A DNA stretch of 64,000 nt from Clostridiales bacterium (GTDB lineage Bacteria > Bacillota > Clostridia > Oscillospirales > CAG-272), in the NCBI GenBank assembly GCA_016288155.1, contig JAEEYP010000058.1, positions 1,364-65,363 of the forward strand, in the 5' to 3' direction. The notes beneath the pieces were generated by a model that saw only the letters and a program-made list of their open reading frames with translations, did no database searches and was not told where the DNA came from. Shown here piece by piece: positions 58,537-64,000 of this stretch; position 1 is the first letter of the stretch; every line of letters starts with the position of its first letter. Both the position numbers and the translations under genes were made by a program.

Positions 58537-59409
58537 ATGCCCTTGTATCTGACGGATCCGGACCCGTGGCGGCTGACCCTTCCGGTGAACTGCAGCCTGT
58601 GTCAGCTTCAGCCGCACGAGGGCTTTTTCGAGCATTATCACGACGCGATGGAGATCATCGCCGTCGTGCAGGGATCCATGGACTGCACCGCGGACAGCCG
58701 GAGCTGTTCGCTCGGCGTCGGGGACGTGATCGTGTTCAACCCCTACACGGTGCATTCCGGCTTCATGACCGCCAAGGACACGGAATACCTGTGCCTCACG
58801 TTCTTGCTTTCGGAGGTTTTGAATTTCCCCGATTCCGTTCTGAGCCGCTGCGTCGATTCTCTGGAAACGGGGCAGAACGTATTTGACGAGCGGTATCCGG
58901 CGGGGGGAGAGGACAGCGCCGCGCTGTTCGGACACATGGAGCGCCTGTACCGGGATCTGAGGAGCGGCACGCCGGAGAGCGAGGTATCGGTGCTGACGGA
59001 GCTGTACGGGATCTTCGGCATTCTGTTCGGGCGGCATTACCGCGTGAACACGGAAAGCAGCGTCCGCAAAAAGAGTCTGAAATTTCTGCGGCAGCTGTCC
59101 GCGTATATGGCGGCGCATTACTGGCAGCCGATCACCACGGAGACCGCGGCGCAGGCGCTGTTCATGAGCACCTCCCACTTCTCGCACGTGATCCGGCAGA
59201 ATTTCAATCTCAGCTTTTCCGAGTATCTGCGGAAGTACCGGCTCAACTGCGCGATGCGGTACGGTACCGATACGCCGAAGAGCGTCCGGCAGATATCCGA
59301 AGCGGTGGGATTCACGGATTACGCCTATTTCTCACGCGCTTTCAAGGAATATACCGGCGTCGCGCCGGGCGTCTACTTTTCAAAAAGGAAGAGACGAAGC
59401 GGGAAGTGA
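58537..59409 (+). CDS. AraC-family transcriptional regulator
   Basis: Cupin HYH..ME..H; VGFTDYAYFSRAFK..GVAP. Confidence 0.93.
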   Translation: MPLYLTDPDPWRLTLPVNCSLCQLQPHEGFFEHYHDAMEIIAVVQGSMDCTADSRSCSLGVGDVIVFNPYTVHSGFMTAKDTEYLCLTFLLSEVLNFPDSVLSRCVDSLETGQNVFDERYPAGGEDSAALFGHMERLYRDLRSGTPESEVSVLTELYGIFGILFGRHYRVNTESSVRKKSLKFLRQLSAYMAAHYWQPITTETAAQALFMSTSHFSHVIRQNFNLSFSEYLRKYRLNCAMRYGTDTPKSVRQISEAVGFTDYAYFSRAFKEYTGVAPGVYFSKRKRRSGK

Positions 59410-59535
59410 GATAAAAAAGCAGTACGGGACAACTTTCACACCATTATTCGCAATCCCGTGTATGTTTTTCGGCGCGGAAAAGGTGTATAATTATAAAAGA
59501 GCGGTATGCCCGCGAAAATGATCGGAGGGATCGAA

Positions 59536-61011
59536 ATGAAAAGGATCGGCGCATTCATTCTTACGTGCCTGATGCTCATCCCCCTTGCGGCCTGCGGCGA
59601 GGCGGGCAAGACGCCGGAGACGACGGATACCGGCACGAAAGCGACGGAAACGACCGCCGCGCCGGAAACAGCCGCGCCGGACGTCCTCTTCCCCGGCGTG
59701 GACTGGAACGGCAGGACCTTCAGCGTGCTCGCCAAGGAGAACACCATCTATAACTTCGGCAACAAGGAGATCTACGCGGAGGATTACACCGGGGAGCCGC
59801 TGAACGACGCTGTGTACGAGCGGAACATGAAGATCGAGGAGACATACGGCGTAACGATCGCGTATACCGAGCGTCCCCAACCGGACGACACGCTGCGCCA
59901 GACGGTCCGCTCGATGGATTCCGCCTTCGACCTTTCCTTCAACTGGCAGTCCACCATCGGGAAGCTGGCGGGCGAGGGACTGATGTACAACTTGCTCGAT
60001 CTGGCGTACGTCGATTATTCGCAGCCGTACTGGAACGAGGACGCCAACGACGCGCTGTCGCTCGGGGGGCTGTTGTTCTTCACCACGAGCGATTACGAGA
60101 TCCACGACAAGCTCCGTTCCTATATCGTCATCTGTAACGGGGATATGGCGGTCAACTTCGGGCTGGGCGATCTGCAGGACGTCGCGGATGCAGGGAAATG
60201 GACCATCGACTTCATGCTCTCCTGCTGCGAGGCGGTGGCGCAGGACGTGAACAACGACGGGAAGATGAAGGCCGACGACGTCTTCGGGCTGATCGGCGGC
60301 GATCTCAAGGACGTGGGGATGTTCACGCTCTCCATGGGGAACAAGATCGTCGACAAGGACGACGAAGGGAAGCTCTATATCTCCATGTACACGGACCGCA
60401 TGCTCGATTCGATCGACAAGATCCTCGATCTCTTCGACAAGAGCACGTCCGCGTGGCCGGGGGATCTGGAGCGTTACAGCGGCTCGGAGAACCTGTGGGA
60501 CTACGCCGCCAACATCTTCTACGGCGGCAGCGCGCTCTTCACCTCCCAGAACATGGTCGTTCTGGAGTCGTGCTCCGAGCTGTGCGATTTCGATTACAAG
60601 GTCCTCCCGATGCCGAAGTACGACGAGGCGCAGGAGAAATATATGACGCAGCCGGACAACATCGCGCTGCTCTTCGGCGTGCCGCTGACCGTCGAGGATC
60701 CGGATTTCTGCGGGTTCATGCTCGAGGTCCTCTCCGAGGCGTCGACGGAAACGACGCTGAGGACGTATTACGAGATGGGCTGCAAGCACAGACACGTGAA
60801 CGACGAGCGCTCGGCGCGGATGCTCGACACGATCATGGACGGGCTGACGTATGACATCGGCTTCGTCTACAATCTCGGCGAGCTGCGGAACATCATCTGC
60901 GATACGATCCCCTCGAGGAGGGACAACGTGCTGCCGGTACAGTACGCGAAGTACGAGGATTGGGCGCTCGAGGACATCGAGAACCTGATGAAGCAATACA
61001 ACATGGAATAA
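59536..61011 (+). CDS. Extracellular solute-binding lipoprotein
   Basis: Lipobox LAAC, T/E-rich linker, GKWTID, LPMPK. Confidence 0.85.
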   Translation: MKRIGAFILTCLMLIPLAACGEAGKTPETTDTGTKATETTAAPETAAPDVLFPGVDWNGRTFSVLAKENTIYNFGNKEIYAEDYTGEPLNDAVYERNMKIEETYGVTIAYTERPQPDDTLRQTVRSMDSAFDLSFNWQSTIGKLAGEGLMYNLLDLAYVDYSQPYWNEDANDALSLGGLLFFTTSDYEIHDKLRSYIVICNGDMAVNFGLGDLQDVADAGKWTIDFMLSCCEAVAQDVNNDGKMKADDVFGLIGGDLKDVGMFTLSMGNKIVDKDDEGKLYISMYTDRMLDSIDKILDLFDKSTSAWPGDLERYSGSENLWDYAANIFYGGSALFTSQNMVVLESCSELCDFDYKVLPMPKYDEAQEKYMTQPDNIALLFGVPLTVEDPDFCGFMLEVLSEASTETTLRTYYEMGCKHRHVNDERSARMLDTIMDGLTYDIGFVYNLGELRNIICDTIPSRRDNVLPVQYAKYEDWALEDIENLMKQYNME

Positions 61012-61032
61012 CAGAGACAACGTCAAAGGAGC

Positions 61033-62364
61033 ATGGCTATGGCGAAAGTATCCGTACGTTTCGGCCCCGGTCAGGGAAAGATCAAGCCGATGCACGCCGT
61101 GAACAACGGGCCGATCGATTTGAAAACAGAGCAGATCCGCAGCAACTTCGAGGCGTTCCGCGCGGCGAGGATCCCGTTCGTGCGCAATCACGACGCGTCT
61201 TTCTTCATCTGGTACGGCGGGGAGCACACCGTCGACGTCCACGCGATCTTCCCGGACTTCACGAAGAATCCGTACGACGCGGACAGCTATGATTTCACGC
61301 TGACGGACGAGTACCTCAAGAGCATCGTCGACGCCGGATCCTCGGTATTTTACCGCCTCGGCTCGAAGATCGAGCACTGGACGAAAAAGTACGGCACGAT
61401 CGTCCCCTCTGATTTCCATAAGTGGGCGGTCGTCTGCGAGCACATCATCCGCCACTACAACGAGGGATGGGCGAACGGGTTCCGCCACAATATCGTCTAC
61501 TGGGAGATCTGGAACGAGCCGGACGGCATAAAGGAGGACGGCACGTCGCCGAACTGGTCCGGCACGCCTCGGGAGTTTTACGAACTGTACGCCGCCGCGG
61601 CGACGCATCTCAAGGGGCGGTTCCCGCATCTGAAGATCGGCGGACCGGCGGTCTGCGGCTACGCCGAGGACGGGAAGTGGACGAAGGATTTTCTCGCGTA
61701 TCTGACCGCCGGAGGGCGGCGCGTCCCGCTCGATTTCTTCTCCTGGCACGCGTACACGGAGTATCCGTGCGTCATCCGCGAGATGGGCGAGTTCACGCGG
61801 GCACTGCTCGACGCCGCCGGGTACACGGAGACGGAATCGATCCTGGACGAGTACAATTATCTGGAGAACTTCACGGACCGCTTCGTTTCTTCCGTTCTGG
61901 AGATCATCGGCATGCACGGCGCGGCGCTCACCGCCGCCGCCATGGCGGTCGGTCAGGCCGGTCCGATCGACATGCTGATGTACTACGACGCGCGGCCGTG
62001 CATCTTCAACGGGATGTTCGACATCTACACGCTCGCTCCGCTGAAGGGGTATTATCCGTTCGTGATGTTCTCCCGGCTGTACGAACTGGGGAACGCGGCG
62101 GGATGCGTCTCGGACGACGAGGACATCTACGCCGCCGCCGCCGGGGGTGACGGGGGATACGCCCTCATGCTGACCCATTACCGGCAGGACAAGGCGAAAG
62201 TCGAGAAGACCGTGCGGCTGCGGCTGGACGGCGCGCCGGACGGCGAGTGGCAGGCCGAGGTGCTCGATGCGGACCGCACGATGGAGGGGCGGACCGTGAC
62301 GGTGAAGGACGGCGAGGCGGAGATCGTCATGCCCGCCGACTGCGTCGTTCTGCTGCGGCGCTGA
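61033..62364 (+). CDS. Glycoside hydrolase, GH39-like (clan A)
   Basis: WEIWNEPD, KIGGP, DFFSWH, LDEYN. Confidence 0.8.
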   Translation: MAMAKVSVRFGPGQGKIKPMHAVNNGPIDLKTEQIRSNFEAFRAARIPFVRNHDASFFIWYGGEHTVDVHAIFPDFTKNPYDADSYDFTLTDEYLKSIVDAGSSVFYRLGSKIEHWTKKYGTIVPSDFHKWAVVCEHIIRHYNEGWANGFRHNIVYWEIWNEPDGIKEDGTSPNWSGTPREFYELYAAAATHLKGRFPHLKIGGPAVCGYAEDGKWTKDFLAYLTAGGRRVPLDFFSWHAYTEYPCVIREMGEFTRALLDAAGYTETESILDEYNYLENFTDRFVSSVLEIIGMHGAALTAAAMAVGQAGPIDMLMYYDARPCIFNGMFDIYTLAPLKGYYPFVMFSRLYELGNAAGCVSDDEDIYAAAAGGDGGYALMLTHYRQDKAKVEKTVRLRLDGAPDGEWQAEVLDADRTMEGRTVTVKDGEAEIVMPADCVVLLRR

Positions 62365-62478
62365 GCAAAAAACGATCCGAGGCAGCTCCCATCGCGTCCC
62401 CCGGAGGGGGAGGGCGGGGGAGCTGCTTTTCGGCAGATGCGTCTGCCGTATTTTCTGAATTGCGGGAGGAAGAGGATC

Positions 62479-64000
62479 ATGCGGTTTCCCGACAGATTTT
62501 TCGCGGCGGGGACGGAGTGCTCGACTTTTGAGAAGCCGGTCCCGGCGCCGTGCTTTCGAAAATCGTTTACGTGCGCGGAGCCGGGGGAGGCTTCGCTCGT
62601 CATATGCGGCCTCGGCGTGTACGAGCTGTTCGTCAACGGCGCGCGGATCACGCGGGGACGGCTCTCCTCGTATATCTCGAATCCGGATCAGCTTCTGTAT
62701 TACGACCGCTACGACGTGACGGATCATATCCGGCGCGGGAAGAACACGGTCGCCGTCATGCTCGGCGGCGGGATGCTCGACTGTCCGGGCGGGCTCGTGT
62801 GGGATTTTGACCGGGCGCCCTACCGGAGCGCGCCGAAATTCGCTCTGCGCTTTACGATGGGGGAGACGTCCTTTGACGCCGGGGAGTTTGTAGCGGCGCC
62901 GACGCCGACGATCTTCAACGATCTGCGCGCCGGGGAATGGTACGACGCGCGCCTGTACTCCGGCGACGTGACGGCGCCGGAGTACGACGACGGCGGCTGG
63001 CGCCCCGTGATCCCGGCGCAGACGCCGAAGGGGACGAAGAAGTGCAACGAAACGGTGCCGATGCGCGTGACCGACGTGCTGACGGCGCGCCGCGTCCGTC
63101 CCGGCAGGATCTCGATCCTCCCCGCGCTCGAAGAAAAGATCCCCCGCCTTGCGGTGCCGGAGGACGAGGCGGCGACGGAAGGGATCCTGTACGATTTCGG
63201 CGTGAACATCACCGGCGTGTGCCGGCTGCGCATCCGCGGCGCGCGCCCCGGGCAGAAGATCATACTGCAGTACGGCGAGATATTGGGCGACGATCCGTCC
63301 GGGGACGCCGACGCGACGGTGCGGGAGGAGGACAGCGGGCTCGATCTCCGCGGGTTCCATTTCCTGCCCCACCGCTATAACAACCGGGACGTGTATATCT
63401 GCCGGGGAGACGCGGAGGAGACGTGGGAGCCGTATTTCACGCACCACGGCTTCCGGTACTGTCTCGTCCTCGGTCTGGACGGCGGACAGGCGCAGCCCGA
63501 CACGGTGACGGCGGTCGTGTTCCATACCGATCTCGCGCGGCGGGCGGAGTTTTCATGCTCCGATCCCGTCGTGAACGCACTCTGGGACGCCGGGATCCGC
63601 ACGGATCTCGGAAACTTCTGCCATTTTCCGACGGACTGCCCGCATCGGGAGAAGAACGGCTGGACGGGCGACGCGGCGGTGTCGGCGGAGCAGATGCTCA
63701 CGGTGCTGTATTGCGAGGAAAATCTGAGAGAATGGCTGTGCAGCCTCCGCTGTGCCATGAAGGAGAACGGCGAGCTGCCCGGCATCGCTCCGACCGCCGG
63801 ATGGGGATACGGCCTCGGACCGGCGTGGGACGGGGCGATCATCGAGGTGCCGTATCGGATATGGCGCCTCCGCGGGGACACGGCGATCATCCGGGAGAAC
63901 GCCGACGCCGTCGTGCGGTATCTGCGCTTCCTATGGGGGATGCGCACGGAGCGCGGGCTGATCGAATACGGACTGGGGGACTGGTGTCCGGCGGGCGGCG
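62479..64000 (+). CDS. Alpha-L-rhamnosidase (GH78), runs off the right edge
   Basis: Manual translation from ATG 62479: GLGVYELFVNG, YDFG, FT.HGFRY, PTDCPHREKNGWTGD, GLGDW. Confidence 0.92.
   Translation, partial: MRFPDRFFAAGTECSTFEKPVPAPCFRKSFTCAEPGEASLVICGLGVYELFVNGARITRGRLSSYISNPDQLLYYDRYDVTDHIRRGKNTVAVMLGGGMLDCPGGLVWDFDRAPYRSAPKFALRFTMGETSFDAGEFVAAPTPTIFNDLRAGEWYDARLYSGDVTAPEYDDGGWRPVIPAQTPKGTKKCNETVPMRVTDVLTARRVRPGRISILPALEEKIPRLAVPEDEAATEGILYDFGVNITGVCRLRIRGARPGQKIILQYGEILGDDPSGDADATVREEDSGLDLRGFHFLPHRYNNRDVYICRGDAEETWEPYFTHHGFRYCLVLGLDGGQAQPDTVTAVVFHTDLARRAEFSCSDPVVNALWDAGIRTDLGNFCHFPTDCPHREKNGWTGDAAVSAEQMLTVLYCEENLREWLCSLRCAMKENGELPGIAPTAGWGYGLGPAWDGAIIEVPYRIWRLRGDTAIIRENADAVVRYLRFLWGMRTERGLIEYGLGDWCPAGG

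Noticed and set aside
59491-63525. 1344-aa minus-strand ORF
   Set aside because: Antisense shadow of the SBP, GH39 and GH78 genes in high-GC DNA; no recognisable motifs.

Overview
This is a high-GC Firmicutes (Clostridia-like) chromosome segment. The left host part carries a GH29 fucosidase (partial), rplA-rplK-nusG-secE-rpmG, a malic enzyme and tRNA-Val(CAC). A ~52 kb prophage (about 6013-58066) is inserted at the tRNA 3' end by a large serine recombinase. Almost all prophage genes are on the minus strand. Reading from the right they are: CI/Cro switch, DUF2800-DUF2815-PolA-VirE-VRR_NUC-SNF2 replication module, late activator, A118-like head genes, tail remnants, lysis genes and a 10 kb accessory arm. 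The right host part has tRNA-linked repeats, AraC, a sugar-binding lipoprotein, a GH39-like gene and GH78 (partial). Most notable observations: (1) the late operon opens with a DUF4417 gene followed by two unrelated ADP-ribosyltransferase-like proteins that share an identical MGGRGSNSGLT leader, each paired with a small Lys-tailed ORF; (2) two twister ribozymes sit in repeated promoter/operator-gene-ribozyme units; (3) a 12-motif origin-like array occurs twice; (4) terL carries a group I intron with an HNH gene; (5) attP lies inside the integrase gene and swaps its C-terminus; (6) an Arc/antisense-RNA/antirepressor-like cassette lies between terL and portal; (7) a deletion removes the tail-tube region, so the prophage is probably defective. 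All family assignments come from motif recognition by eye; no database searches were run.
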